Counted from the first letter of the stretch, positions 24,564 through 37,400 are shown. The stretch: 64,000 bases of DNA from Scenedesmus sp. PABB004 (GCA_014905635.1 JABVCE010000028.1:124001-188000); one strand, 5' to 3'. Numbers and translations are program-made. The notes: generated from the sequence alone by a model not told the origin.

Positions 24564-26573
24564 ATGCGGCGCGCGCTGCGCGCGGGCGCGGCGTGGGCCA
24601 TCCTGGCCTTCTCGGCGGCCTACCTGGGCGTGGTGCTGTGGGGTGTGCGCAACTACGCGCCGTACCGGCACGACCCCGCCGCCGCGGCGTGGCCGGCCGG
24701 CCTCGCCTACGGCCTGCCGAGCGGCGCGCGACGCGGCGGCGGCGGCGCGGACGCGGGCGCGGGCGCGGACGCCGCCGCGCTGTCTGCGGAGCGCGCCGCC
24801 GCGGCGACGCCGGTGCTGATCGGCATCGCGGGCGGCAGCGGGCAGTGGCCCTTCTACCAGGCGATCCGGGACCGCGTGCTCACCGACGGCGCGCCGCTGT
24901 GGAACGAGTCGGCGCACCGCGCCTGCGCGACGCGGCGCGGCGTGCCGGTGGAGTGCCTGTTCACGATCAACGCCAGCGCGCTGCCGGCCGCGCACGGCGT
25001 CTACTTCCACGTCCCCAGCGCGCCGCCGGGCAGCGGCAAGGTCCCGCCGCGGCGCGGCCACGCGACCCAGATCCGCTTCGGGATCAGCCTCGAGTCGGCC
25101 GGCTACTACGCATGGCAGAACGACCCCGCCTTCTGGTGCGCGTTCGAGGCGGAGGCGACCTACCGCACCTGCAGCCAGGCGCGGCGCGCGGCGCGGCGGG
25201 TGGCGGGCATGCGTCGCGGCCAGCGGCGGGCACGCGGGCGGGCGTGGCGCCGAGCGGGCGTGGCGTGGCGCCGAGGGCCGCCGCCGCCGCCGCTGCGCGC
25301 GGCGCGCCGCGCCGTCGCGGGGGCGGGCGCAGGTGCACCAGACGATGCACTTTGAGAACATCCATGACTTCAGCACCGACAGCAACCGCCTCTTTGACGC
25401 GGCCGAGCCCTGGGAGGCCAAGGCCGACGGCGTCGCGTATGTCAACAGCAACTGCGGCACGCCGAGCAACCGCGCGGTGCTGATGCGCAACTGGATGGGC
25501 CTGCCCAACGCGAGCGTGCAGGTGCACTCGTTCGGGCGCTGCGACACCAACCGCCCCTGGCCCACCAACGCGACCGGGGCCCAGCTCAGCAAGCACGAGA
25601 TCTTCCGCAAGTGCGCCGCGTTGTCGCGCGCCGCGCCGCGCCGCGCCGCGCCGCGCGCGCGACCGACCCGCCCCCGCCGCTCACCCGCCGCCGCCCGGCC
25701 GCCCAGGCACAAGTTTTGCATTGCCATGGAGAACAGCGTGTCGTACGACTACATCACAGAAAAGGCACGCGCCCGCCTACAGCGCTCGCGCGCCCGCCGG
25801 CCGGCCACCGCGCCACCCAACGCGCCCGCCCGCGCCGGCGCCGCCCGCGCCGCAACGCCGCCGCGCGCAGGTGTGGGACGGCCTGGCCGCCGGGTGCGTC
25901 CCCATTTACATGGGCAGCCCCACCGTGCGCGACCTGCTGCCCGACCCGGCGGCCGTGCTCGTGTACGGCCCCGGCGGCAACGCGAGCACCGTGGCGGAGC
26001 TCGACGCGCTCGTGGGCCGCCTCTCCGCCGACCGCGCCGCGTACGAGGCGCTCGTCGCGTGGAAGGCCAAGCCGGTGCGCGCCTGCCACGGCGGCGGCGC
26101 GGGGGCCGCGTCCGCGCCCGTGCGCCGCCCCGCGCGCTCGCCGCTGGCCGCTGCCTCGCCGCCTCGCCGCCCGCGCCGCGCCGCGCCGCGCCCGCGCCGC
26201 GCCCGCCCCGCCCGCGCCCACCCGTCGGCGCGCCGCGGCGCAGCTGTCGTCGCTGGCGCCCGGCTTTCAGCGCTACATGGCTGAGAACAGCATGACCAAC
26301 GAGTGCCGCCTCTGCCTCCACGTCATACGCAAGCGCCTGGACGGCTTCAAGCCTGACACGCTCTGCATGTGGAATGCCACCTGGCTCGCCGCGGCGGGGC
26401 TGCCGCCGGGGAGCGCCAACCACAGCTGCCCGCCTGCGCGGCGGCGGCGGCGCGCCGCGCGCGCGCGCGCGCTGCTGGCGCGCTGGGCCGCGGCCTGGGC
26501 GCGGCGGCGCGCGCAGCGGCGCGCGCGGCGGCTGCTGCGGCTGGGCGGCGGGGGCGGCGGGGGCGGCGGGTGA
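24564..26573 (+). CDS. Glycosyltransferase family 10 (alpha-1,3/4-fucosyltransferase), type II membrane protein
   Basis: N-terminal TM WAILAFSAAYLGVVLWGV; ISLES; AYVNSNC; VHSFGRC; GT10 motif HKFCIAMENSVSYDYITEK/VWDGLAAGCVPIYMGSP; C-terminal CRLC. Introns 25179-25332 (GC), 25611-25706, 25765-25870 (GC) and 26075-26243. Confidence 0.9.
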
Positions 26574-26774
26574 CTTGTCGCCTGCGCGAGGCGCGCCACG
26601 GCGCCAGGGCACGCGCGTTGAACCTTCGCTGGCTCCGGGCAGTGCCGCACAGCCGATCGGGCAGCCTTGAACTCCGCGCCCCGCTCGCCACAGTGTTCTC
26701 GCAGCAGACGCAGCCGTTCGTCCAGTGAGAGCAGCAGCACCGGCTGCGGCACCGCGCCGCCGCGCCGCGCCAGG

Positions 26775-27571
26775 ATGCGCAAGGAGCAGCCCTGGTGGAC
26801 CGCCTTCCACACCGCCAGGTTCGCACGCTGCGCACCGCGCACGCCCAACCGCAGCGCGCGCCGGCACGGTGCGCATCGCCAACCGCCGCTGCTGCCGCGC
26901 CGCTGCCGCTGCCCTGCCGCAGCCACCCTGGCTATGTCACGCTGGTGGACCCGCCCACGCTGCCGGGGCTCTACGACCAGCCGCAGGGCCGCTACCGCGT
27001 CAAGGCGCGCCGCCCGCTGCTGCGCCTGCCGCCGTCGCAGCGCCGCGCTGCGCCGCGCGGCGCCGCGCCGCGCGAGCGCCGCGCGAGCGCGCCCGATTCC
27101 GCCGCCGCGCGGCGGCCGCGCAGACGCTGCTGCTGGACGACGTGCTGGACCCGAGCGGCTACGCGGAGGGCAACGCGCCGGCGCAGTTTGAGGTGACGGA
27201 GGGCTCCTTCGTGCTCATGCTGCCATCGGGTGCGGCGCCGCCAGTGCCGCGGCCCTCCCGCGCTGCGCCGCCGGCCAGCCCACGCCCCCGCCGCCGGCCA
27301 GCCCACGCCGCCGCGGCCCACGCCGCCGCGGCCCGCGCCGCCGCCGCCGCGCGCAGCGTCGGACCCGGGCGCGCAGCTCGTGGCGCCGCCGTGGCTGTGC
27401 CGCGTGACCAGCATCTGGTTCCTCCCAGGCCACGCGCCGCCCGGCGACGCGTCCGACGCGCCGTTTGCGACGCCGCGCGGCACCAGCCGCGAGGTCGTCG
27501 CCTGGGAGCGCGCACAGCTTGAGTGCGGGCGCCTGCCGGCGGCGCACTTCAAGCTGCAGGCGCGTCGCCCG

Positions 27572-27610
<39 letters not shown>

Positions 27611-28546
27611 TGCGCCCGCGTCCTGCCGCCGCCGCGGGAGCGCAACACGCGCGTGGCGCGCGCGGCTTGCTGACCTGGCGCGCCCGGCGGCCGCCCTGCG
27701 CGCGCTGGCCGCAGGTGACCTACTTTTACCGCTGGCCAGACCTCGACGACGCCATCGGCGCCCTGCCGCAGCAGGTGGCGCGCCTGGGGCAGGCGCTGAC
27801 GCAGCTGGGCATCGCCGGCAGCGCGCCCGAGGCCGCCAAGCTGCTCTCGCGGCGCGGCTGCAACAACACGCCCGCCAGCCACCACAGCATGCGCTACGTG
27901 TGTGCGCCGCCGCCGCCGCGCGCGCGCGCGCGAGGGGGCCACGCGGGGGCCGTGGCTGCGCGCGCCTCACGCACGCGCCGCCGCCGCCGACGCCACGCGC
28001 CGCCGCGCCGCTGCCGCCGCCCCGCACCCGCGTCCGGGGTCAGGTGGTGTTCAGCAATCACGAGACCGCGAAGCCGCAGGCGCTCGACTCGGACGACGAG
28101 GCCGGTGCGCCGCGCCGGCGGGCGCGCGGGGCGCGGCCGCGCGCGCGCGCCGGCAGGCCGCGCCCACGCACGGGTGCTGCCGCGCCCGCCGTCCGCCGCA
28201 GACGAGGGCGACGGCGACCCGCCCGTGCCGCTGGAGTCGGTGATGGGCCCCGCCAAGGTGGGCGCCGGCGCGGGGCGCGCCGGCCGGCGCGCTGCTCGCG
28301 CCGCCGGCGTCCCGCGCGCGCCCGGCCCAACCCCCGACCCCGACCCGCCGCCGCCGCCGCTGCCAGGTGCTGTTCCTCGGCACCGGGGAGGGGCTGCCCT
28401 ATCAGCCCTGCGAGCCGCCGGCGCGCGCGCCCGCCGGCGTGCCCGGCCTCGCCGGCCTCCCGCCAGGCGCGCGCGCCGCGCTGGCGTCGGGGCACCGCGC
28501 GCTGCCGCCGGGGTTCATCTGCAACCTCTTCATGGACCGCACGTGA
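26775..28546 (+). CDS. BAH (bromo-adjacent homology) domain-like protein, multi-exon; may continue into the AT-hook ORF downstream
   Basis: The spliced product gives FEVTEGSFVLMLPS..PPWLCRVTSIW..VTYFYRWPDL..VVFSNH..VPLESVMGPAKVLF..FICNLFMD, matching the order of BAH strands. It ends either at TGA 28544-28546 or at the AC|GTGAGT donor at 28543. Confidence 0.6.
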
Positions 28547-28786
28547 GTGCTGAGCCCGCCGCTGGCGGCCCGGCCCGCCCGCCGGGCGTGGCGTCACTCT
28601 GCGCGCTGGGTGGGGGCGCCGCGGGCTGGCGGCCCGGCCCGCCCGCCGGGCGCAGCGTCGCTCCGCGCGCTGGGGGCTGCGCGCCCTGGGGGCGCCGCGC
28701 GCTGGGGGCGCTGGGGGCTGGCGGCGCCGCGCGCTGGGCATCATCGCGGGCCGAGCCGCCGCCGCCGCCGCCGCCGCGTGCGAAGC

Positions 28787-29623
28787 ATGGCGCCGCCCCA
28801 CATGGAGGATCGGGACGGCGACGACGACGACGCGCCGGTGGTCCAGTGCGAGCTGCACGGCCTGCAGGACTGGGCGGAGGGCGCCGGCGCCGTCGGCACG
28901 GCGCGGGAGCCCTGGGTGGCGGCCAGCCGCGCGCTGGTGGCGCAGCTGCTGGCGCAGACGCGCGAGGAGCTGGCGGCCGGCGGCGCCGCGGCGCCCGACA
29001 GCCCCCAGCACTTCCACGATGCGCGCAGCGCCTCGCCCACCAGCGACGGCGGCGACGGCGGCGACGGCGGCGACGGCGGCGACGGCGGCGACGGTGACGG
29101 CGGCGGCAGCGGCCGGCCGCGGCCGGCCGGCCGCGGCAATGTCGCGCGGCGCGGCGGCCGGGGCGGCAGGCCGCCGGCGGGCGCGGCGGCGGCCGGGCGC
29201 AGCGGCGGCAGCGGCGGCACGGCGCCGCGCAAGCGCCCCCGGGCGGTGGTGATGAGCAGCAGCAGTGAGGGCGCCAGCGAGGGCGAGGAGCCCACCCGCG
29301 CGCCGGCGGCGGCGGAGCCGGCGGCGAAGAAGCGGCGCGGCCGGCCGCCCAAGGCGGCGGCGGCAGCGGCGCCAGCAGCGGCAGGCGGCCAGGGCCGCAG
29401 CCCGGCCAAGAAGCAGCAGCAGAAGCAGCAGCAGAAAAAGCAGCAGACGGAGCAGCAGCAGCAGGCGCCACCGCAGGCGCAGTCGTCGTCGTCGAGCGAC
29501 GGCTGGTCAACCAGCAGCACCAGCAGCACCAGCAGCAGCGGCGATAACGGCGGCGGCAGCAGTGAACCCGTGCAGGCCGGCAGCAGGGAGCGCAGCCCGT
29601 CGGTCACCGTTTCGTCCGACTGA
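28787..29623 (+). CDS. Low-complexity ORF with AT-hook and NLS-like motifs (last exon of the BAH gene, or a separate gene)
   Basis: MAPPHMED...APRKRPR...[14 protein letters not shown] (AT-hook core RGRP); Q- and S-rich tail; TGA at 29621-29623. Confidence 0.5.
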   Translation: MAPPHMEDRDGDDDDAPVVQCELHGLQDWAEGAGAVGTAREPWVAASRALVAQLLAQTREELAAGGAAAPDSPQHFHDARSASPTSDGGDGGDGGDGGDGGDGDGGGSGRPRPAGRGNVARRGGRGGRPPAGAAAAGRSGGSGGTAPRKRPRAVVMSSSSEGASEGEEPTRAPAAAEPAAKKRRGRPPKAAAAAAPAAAGGQGRSPAKKQQQKQQQKKQQTEQQQQAPPQAQSSSSSDGWSTSSTSSTSSSGDNGGGSSEPVQAGSRERSPSVTVSSD

Positions 29624-29749
29624 TGGCGGCTCGGGCAACAGCTGCTGGCGGCACCGCGCGGCGCGGCGGGGAGCCTGACCACGTGACGGTGACGGGGTGC
29701 TGTTGACCGGGACCGCCCGCCCGCCCGCTCCAGCTCGGCGGCGCCGCGT

Positions 29750-29754
29750 TTACA
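29750..29754 (-). promoter_or_regulatory. TGTAA green-algal polyadenylation signal for the ABCI-type gene
   Basis: ttaca on the + strand about 60 nt beyond the stop at 29813. UGUAA is the known chlorophyte poly(A) signal. Confidence 0.5.
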
Positions 29755-29812
29755 GACAGCCGCCCTGCTCGTGTCGCTGCGCCGCCGCAGCTCTCCGGGC
29801 CAGCCGCGCCGG

Positions 29813-31026
29813 CTAGCTGAAGGACGCGGTCGCCTCGGCGTCCCGCTGCAGCATCAGCAGGTCGCCCCGGCTGCTGCTCGGGCTCGCGCCGACGAGGCTG
29901 CTGGTGGCGCTCGCGCTGCGGCTCATCGCCATCAGCGCGGCGTCGTCCATCGGCGCGATCGTGCCGACCGCGCCCGACGGCAGCTCCAGCACGCGCCCGC
30001 CCACGCGGCTGGGCTGCAGTACGTCGTGAGTCACCCAGACGATCGAAGATGGGCAGCGCTGCAGCACGGCCTCCACCCTGCGGGGGGCGCGGCGCGGCGG
30101 CACGCGGCGCTGAGCGCGGGCGGCGCCGACGGCGCGGCCGAGCCCCGGCACGGCGCTGCCGCACGCACTTGAGCACAGAGACGTGGTCGCACGCGCTGGT
30201 GGGCTCGTCCAGCAGCAGGACGGCCGGCTTGAGCGCCAGCGCGATCGCCAGGCCCACGCGCTGCGCCTGGCCGCCCGAGAGCTCCGTCCACTGCTGGTGC
30301 AGCACGCCCGGCAGCAGCCCCAGCTCCTCGACCAGGGCCGCCAGGTCGCCGCGCGGGCGGCCGCGCTGCGCCGCAAAGTTCTGCACCTGCTCGAAGAACT
30401 CCAGCGGCGTCCCCTTGAAGTTGATGCGGCTCTGCCCACGGCGGCGGCAGCGGCGGCGGCGGCGGCTGGTGGGCTGGGTGCGGCCGCGGCGCCGCCGCGC
30501 TCAGCGCGCGGCAGGCCCCTGAGGTGGTGGCTGCTGTTGTGCAGCGCGAGGCCGCGCGCCACGGCGAGGAGGCTGCCGAGCTGGACCTGCGCGGCGCTAC
30601 CGAGCTGAGCGGCTCGCGCAGCGCGCACCTGGTGGACATACATGACCTGCGCGCGCCAGCACGGCGTGCCCATCTCGCTGGGGCTGCGCCCCTCCAGCAG
30701 CAGCTCCCCGGCCTGCGCGCGGCGGGCAGCGGCAGCGGGCAGGCAGGCAGCGGTCGACGCCGGCGCCGCGCTGCTGCCGCGCGCGGCCCGCGCAGGGCCG
30801 GCGGCACACGCCCCCACGCCCCCACGACCCCGCGCCCAAGCACCTCGAGCGGGTCCAGGCACGCCAGGGCGCGCAGGAGGAGCGTCTTGCCGACGCCGGA
30901 GGGGCCCCGCAAGAACCAGACCTCGCCGGGGTGCACGTCCAGGCTGATGCCGCCCCAGAGCTGCCGCCCCGCCACGCTGCGCTGCAGCCCGCGCGCGGAG
31001 AGCAGCGGCCGATCGCCCCCCGCCAT
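29813..31026 (-). CDS. Stand-alone ABC ATP-binding subunit (ABCI17/STAR1/FetA-like)
   Basis: Walker [10 protein letters not shown]-loop YVHQ, signature LSGGQAQRV, Walker [12 protein letters not shown]-loop WVTHD; no TM domain; 3 introns. Confidence 0.85.
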
Positions 31027-31235
31027 TGCCGGCTCCGCTGCTGCCGCCGCCGCTGCTGCCGCCGCCGCTGCCGCTGCTTCCGTTGCTCTGCTGGGCGTGC
31101 GCAGGGCCCCCTCGGCAGGGAGGTGTGCTATACAGGCGGTGTGCGCACTGGACTGCGGCGTGAGGGTCAACTCTGTCACAGCAGCGTTAGGGTTCACGGA
31201 GCCCGGAGTGTCACAAGCATTGTGGCGGCCACACT

Positions 31236-31264
31236 GTGCACAGGCCACACTGTGGCCTGTGCAC
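31236..31264. repeat. Perfect inverted repeat, 14-bp arms with a 1-nt spacer
   Basis: GTGCACAGGCCACA-C-TGTGGCCTGTGCAC, immediately downstream of the cyclophilin stop codon. Confidence 0.9.
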
Positions 31265-31275
31265 CAACGGCGCAA

Positions 31276-32712
31276 TCACAGCAGGCCGCAGTCCTCGATC
31301 ACGACGCGCTGCGCGGGGCGGCCGCCGCGGTCGGCGGGGACGTTCTGCAGCCGGTCCACCACGTCGAGGCCCTCCAGGACGCGCCCGAACACCACGTGCT
31401 TGCCGTTGAGCCAGGGCGTGTCCGCGGTGGTGATGAAGAACCTGGTGGCGGCGCGCGGCGGCGACGCGCGCAGCGTCGGCGCTCGGGGCTGGCCACGCCA
31501 GCTGCTCGGCGCGCGCCCGGCGGCGACGGCGGCGGGCGGCGCGCGCGGCGCGCTCACTGGCTGCCGTTTGTGTTGCGGCCGGCGTTGGCCATCGAGAGCA
31601 CGCCCGGGGCGTGGGGCACTGCAAAGTTCTCGTCCTCAAACTTCCTGCAAGCGGGTGCGCGACGCCCAGCCGCCCGCCGCCGGCGGCGTCGGGCGGGCCG
31701 CCCAGGGCGCGAGCGCGCGGCGCCGCCAGGGCGCCTGCTGCCTGCGCCCTGCAGCGCGGCGCCGCCGCCGGCGTGCGCCGCGCGCCGCGCGCCGCGCGGC
31801 GGGGCCGCACCGGCCGTAGATGCTGTAGCCCCCCGTGCCGTTGCCGCGCTCAAAGTCGCCGCCCTGCCGGCGGCCGCGGCGGCGGCCGCGTCGGGCCCAG
31901 GGTGCGTGCGGGCCCCGCCCGGCCGCTGCTGCGCCCGCCGGCCGCGCCCGGCCGCTGCGGCGCCCGCTGGGCGCGGCGCCCCCCCCCCCCCCACCGGCCG
32001 CCCCACCGGCCGCCCACCTGGATGACAAAGTCCTTGATGATGCGGTGGAAGGTGCAGCCTGGGTTTCGAAATGAAATTCCAAAGCGGCGGCGCGCGCGGC
32101 AAGCGGCACGCGGCGAGCGGGGCGCTCGGCGGCGCCGCCGGCGGGCGCGCGGCGGCTGCGGCGGCTGCGGCCGCCCCGCGCCGCCGCACCCTTGTAGCCG
32201 AAGCCCTTCTCGCCGGTCGCGAGCGCCGCAAAGTTGGCCGCGGTGCGGGGCGTCTCGTTGCCGTACAGGCCCATCACGATGCGCCCCGCGGGCGCGCCGC
32301 CGACGGAGACGTCGAAAAACACCTTGGCCGTGACCTCGGGGTTGGCCGGGTCGGCGGCCGCGCGCCTGGCCGCAGGCGGGCAGGGAGTGCGGGGCGGGGT
32401 GTGGCCGAGCAGCGCCGCGCCGCGCCCGCCGCGCCGCGCGCCGCCGCGCCGCCGGCGCAGGCCCATTGGCAGCTTCTCGCCTCACCCCGCGCTGGCGACG
32501 GTCACCGCGGCCACGCCCGCGACCAGCAGCTCGCGCTTGCAGAGCGCCGCAGCAGCGGCGGCGCGCTCCGCCTGCTGCTGCTGCGCCCGCACGGCCACGC
32601 GCGTCGCCCGGGCCGCGCGCGACGGCCGCTGCACGGCGACCGTGAACGGACGGACAGCGCGCGTGTGGCGCGCCGCCGCACCCAGGCGCTGCTGCTGCTG
32701 CGCGAGCGCCAT
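31276..32712 (-). CDS. Chloroplast (probably thylakoid lumen) cyclophilin PPIase, CYP20-2-like
   Basis: Bipartite transit peptide (…VAVRAQQ…[15 protein letters not shown]); [68 protein letters not shown]. Confidence 0.92.
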
Positions 32713-33057
32713 CGCTGCGGGTGCTGGTGCTTGTGGTCGGATTGAGCGACTGGTGGCGTCCACGACTGAGCTGGATGCAAGATGCAGGTTAACGACGCAG
32801 CGCCGCGTGCCGCCACCCCAAACCCTGCTCGGGGCACAGGCTGGCAGCGGTGCCGCAGCGCGCGTAGCAGTCGGCCGAGAGCACGCAGCCGATGATGTTG
32901 CCGGCGCGCCGGCAAGGAACTACGCGCGGCCAGGCACGGGCGTGGCCGCGCCGCGCCGCGCCAGCGGCGCCGGCCGCGGGCGTGGCCCGTGTGCGTGCGC
33001 GCCGCGCGTCGGCCGTGCCCTGCTGCATCTCTGCCGCGCCCGCCGGCGCCGGCCGCG

Positions 33058-33677
33058 CTACCGCGGCGGCGGCGGCCGCGGCGCCGCGCCCGCCGCCAGG
33101 TACTGCCGCGGCACCTCGGCGAGCAGCGCCTCGAGGCTAGCATTGAGGAACTGAAACGAAGCCTGCACCTGCAGCGCGGCGCCGGGCTCGCCGTCGGCGG
33201 CTCGCAGCGCCGTGCCGGCCAGGCTGTGAACGTGGTTGATGAAATCGACGTAATTTCGCCGCGCGGCGACCGCGGCGGCGCCGTCATCGCTCTGCAGGAG
33301 CGCCCACGGGATGTAGAAGCACGCCTGGCGCACGTCGTCAAACGGGGGCTGGTTGAGCGCCTGGCTCAGCGCGATCCACTCGCCGCTCGCGATTCGCTGC
33401 GCAATCGCCGGCCACGCCGCGCGGCGCGCCGCCTGCAAGATGGCGACATACGCCGAGACCGACAGGTTGGCCGGCACCGCCTTGGCGCTCGGCCCCCCGC
33501 TCGCCGGGCTGCTCGCCGCGCTGCTGCCGGCGCCGCCGCCGGCGCTGGGGCTGCTCGCCTCGCTGCTGGTGCTCGGGCCGCCGTCGCCGCCGCCGCGTCG
33601 CTGCGCCGCGCCGCCGGCGCCGCCGCTGCCGGCATTGCCACCGTTGTTCTTTGCCTCCTGCTCCTCCTCATCGCTGC

Positions 33678-33710
<33 letters not shown>

Positions 33711-34185
33711 CGTCGTCGGCGGCGCCCTGCTCGGCGTCGTCGTCGTCGGACGACGAGGAAGAGTCCTCGTCCTCCGCCTCGACCTGCTGCTCCTGCTGCT
33801 GAGGCGCCTCGTCCTGCTGCCGCGCCGCCGCGGGCTGGTCGCCACTGGCCGTGCCACCCAGTTGGCCGAGCCAGGACGGACTGGCGCCAGCGGCGGGCGC
33901 GTCGGGCGCCGCGTGCGCGCCGCCGGCCGCTGCCGCCCACGCGGCAGCCAGCGCGGCCGCGAGCAGCACGCCGCGCCGCGCCGGCGCGTCAGGGGCGTCG
34001 GCCACAGTGTCATCCACCACGCCTGGGCGCGACTCCGCGCCCGCGCCGGATCGGGCGGCGCGCCGGCGCGCCGGCGCGACCGCCAGCAGCGGAGCGCTGC
34101 TGCCGCAGGCGCCGCCGCCCCGCGCCGCCGGCGCGCCCAGCCCGCGCCGGAGGCCCCGCCAACCGGGAGTGCTCGTCACGAGCAT
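33058..34185 (-). CDS. Intronless, Tat-targeted thylakoid lumen protein with a helical-bundle C-terminus (PsbQ-like fold suspected)
   Basis: Transit peptide, twin-Arg signal ARRGVLLAAALAAAWAAAAGGAHA, acidic/Ser linker, amphipathic helical domain SAYVAILQ...DDVRQACFYIPWAL...LEALLAEVP. Alternative ATG at 34299. Confidence 0.6.
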
Positions 34186-34497
34186 AGCGCTGCCGCGGCC
34201 ACGCGATCGGGGAGCGCCGAGCGCGAGCGCGCGGAGCGCACGAAGCCGCGCCGCGCCGCTGGCCAGAGAGAGCTGCCTCCGTTCGTTCCGGAGCCGCATA
34301 TGCGGGGCGGTGCAGCAGCATCGAAGCCGCGGGGCGCAGAGCCGCGGCGAGCGGTTTGTGCGTGCGCCGCTGCGCCCCGCCAACGCGCGCCGCCGCCGCC
34401 GCCGTCAGCAACGCCTTGCCCTCTCTCCCGCAACCCCCTCCCCACCAGCGCCCAGCGCGACCCTCCCAGACGATGCGCAGCCAGCGCGCGCGCTCGC

Positions 34498-37400
34498 TCA
34501 CGCCGCGGGGCCGCTCGGCGCCAGCGCGCGCGGCGGCGCCCCCGGCGCAGGCAGCGCCGCGGCCGCCTTGGGCGCGGCCGCCCCGCCGGCCTCCGCCGGC
34601 AGCTCCTCGACCACCACCGCCGGGCCCGGCTCGACTGCCTGGAAACGCGGCTTGCCGGCCTGCGGCGGCCGGAAGGGGGCGGCCGCGCGCGGGGCGTCGG
34701 CGCGCGGCCCTCGCCGCCTGGCCGGCGCGCGTCGCGGCGCGCCGCGGCGCCAACAGCTGTCCCCGCCAGGCACACGCAAGGGCACGCGCGAGGTGCCAGC
34801 AACAACAGTGTGCTGCTGTTCACACCTTGAGTATGGAGTATGTGAGCCAGTAGTAAAAGGCCAGGATGCGCGCCTCCGCGCCGAGCGTGCGCCCGATGCT
34901 CGTGTGGCCAAACGACAGCCACGACAGCACGTCCTCGCCTGCGCGGCGGCGGCGCGGCGCAGCGGCGGCCGCGTGCTTGCGTGAGGCGGGCGCACACTCA
35001 CGTGAGGCGGGAGCCCGGCAGCGGGCGCGGCGCGCGGGGCCGGCAGCGGCCGAGTGCCGCGCCCGCGGGCGCCGGCGCCGCGGCTGCAGCGCCTCACCTG
35101 TCTTCATGCCGCGGCCGTTGTCGTCCAGGTCAAACTCGAGGCCGCCGAACTCGTTGATGCAGAGCGCCTCAAACGCGTGCTTGATGAGGCTCGCCTGCGG
35201 CAGCCAGCGCAGCGCGCTGCGACGCGCGCGGGCGCGGCGGGCGCAAGGCTCAGCCGGCGCGGGACGGGAGGGCTTAACCGGCGCGCGGCTGCCGCGGGCG
35301 GGGCCGCCGGCGACCAGGCGGCGCACGCGCACCGCGGGATGTTCTCCGGGTTGGCCTGCGCGGCGGCCGCGGCGGCGGCGGCGGCGGTCGGTGCGGCGGC
35401 GGCGGTCGGCGCGGCTCACGCGCGAGCCCAGCCCCCAGCCGTCGTCAGCCTTGACAGGCTGCCCCGCTTCCAAGCCCACCAACCCCACAACGCCCTAAAC
35501 CCCCTGCCTAAACCCACGTAGTATCCGCCAAAGATGATCCACACGAGCATGACCGCCGGCCCGATCGCGACCGCGGCGTCGGTGCTCGGCGCGGCCGCGC
35601 CGACCGCGAGGCCGAGCGCGGCGCTCGTGAACGACTCGAGCGTGAGCACGCCCAGGAACTTGGCAAACCTGGGGGAGAAGGGGGCAGCGAGTCGGGCCGC
35701 CGCGCGCGCGCGCGTGTGTGTGCGCGCCACTCCGCCGGCACGTCCCCGCGCCCGCGCCGCCGCCGGCAGGCCCCCTGCGCGCGGGGCGCGCACGCGGCGG
35801 CGCGGGCGGCGCGGCGCGGGGCTCACTTTGCGGGGCGCAGGTCGAGGCCTGTCACGGGGTAGACCACGGCGCCAAAGACGAGCGGGAAGACGCAGCTCAC
35901 CGGCAGCTCCGCCAGCAGCTTGGCTGCGCGGCGAGCGCGAGCGCGAGCGCGTGCGCGGGGCGCGTGCGCGCGTGTGCGGGGAGGGGGAGGGTGACGAGGA
36001 GGACAGGGAGGGGGGCGGCGGGAAAGCAGTGCGGGGCGCGCGCCGCACCCGAGAGGTATGGCAGCACGTCGTAGGCGCGGCGGCTGCGCTCGCGCGCTAC
36101 GATGGAGCGCTCGCGCGGGAAGACGGTGATGGTCTTGACCAGCGCTGACATGGCGGTGTTGATCGCCGCGACCTGCACCCGCCCGCGGCGGCGGGAGCAG
36201 GGAAAAGGCAGGGGCTGTGGGCGCGCGCCGGCGCACAGCGCGGCGCCGCCGGGTGGGCGAGCAGGCGCGCGCGCGTGCAGCTCGCGGCGGCCGCGCGCCT
36301 GCAGGAGGCCCATGCGGTCCTGGATGCTGCTCTGCTTGCGGCCCATGCGCCAGAAGATCGCGCCGAAGATCACCGCGCTGCTCAGGTTGCTGCGGAGGCG
36401 AAGCGCGGCGCGGCGCGGCGCGCGGCTCGGGGTGCGCGCGCTCCCCGCCGCGTGCGCCCGACCACGCCGCTCGCCACGCGCAGGAGGCCGCACCTGCTCA
36501 GCCGCGCGATCGCGGCGGCCTTGTCCCGTGTGATCTGGCGCCAGCTGCGGCGCAGCAGCAGCGCAAACTGGCGGCGCCAGCCGGCCTTGGGCCGCGGACT
36601 CACGGCGCCGAGCGCGGCCTCGCCGCTCGCGGTGCGCGCGATGTGGTGCGCCCCGGCCGCACCCGCCGCCGCGGTCGCCGCGGCGGCCTCGGCCTGCGCC
36701 CACGCGGCCGCGAGTGCGTCGACGCACGCGCGGCTGCCCGCCTCGGCCTCGGGCGTCGTGAAGTCGATGCTGCGGCGGCGGCGTTTGGGCCCGCTCGGTG
36801 AGCGCGGGGGCGTTGGGACCGCTGCGGGCACACGGCGCTGCGGGCACACGGCGCTCCCGCGCAGGGCGCCCGCGCCGCTGCGCGGTGTGTGCACACGTGA
36901 GGCCGCTCAGCCGCCGCACCTGATCAGGTCCGCCACAAACTCAGCGGGGTTGTAGTGCGCGGGGCAGGCGTGGCCGAGCTGCGGCGCGTGGTGCGCGGGG
37001 CGGGGCGGTCGCGCGTGGGCGAGCGCTGGCGCGCAATGCGCTGCGCGCGCGGGGCGCAGGGCCGCTGCAGGGCGCTGTGCGAGGGGCCCGGGCAGCGGCG
37101 ACAGTCATGGCTGCGGCGCACCGCCTCAAAGTAGTCGAGCGCGGCGGCGGCGGGGCCGGCGTAGACGGTGCGGCCCTCGGAGAGCAGCAGGAGGTCATCA
37201 AAGAGCGCAAAGATGCTGCTGCGCGGCTGCGCAGTGGGTTGCGTGGGCGTGTGTGGCGCGTGCGGCGTGGGTGCGGTGTGCAGGCGTGTGAGCGCGGCGG
37301 GCGTGTGGCGCGGTTGTGTGTGTGTGTGGTGGCGCGGCGGCGGGGCGGGTGCGCGCCTGGTGGATGGAGCAGACCACGGTGTGCCCAGACGAGGCGAGGT

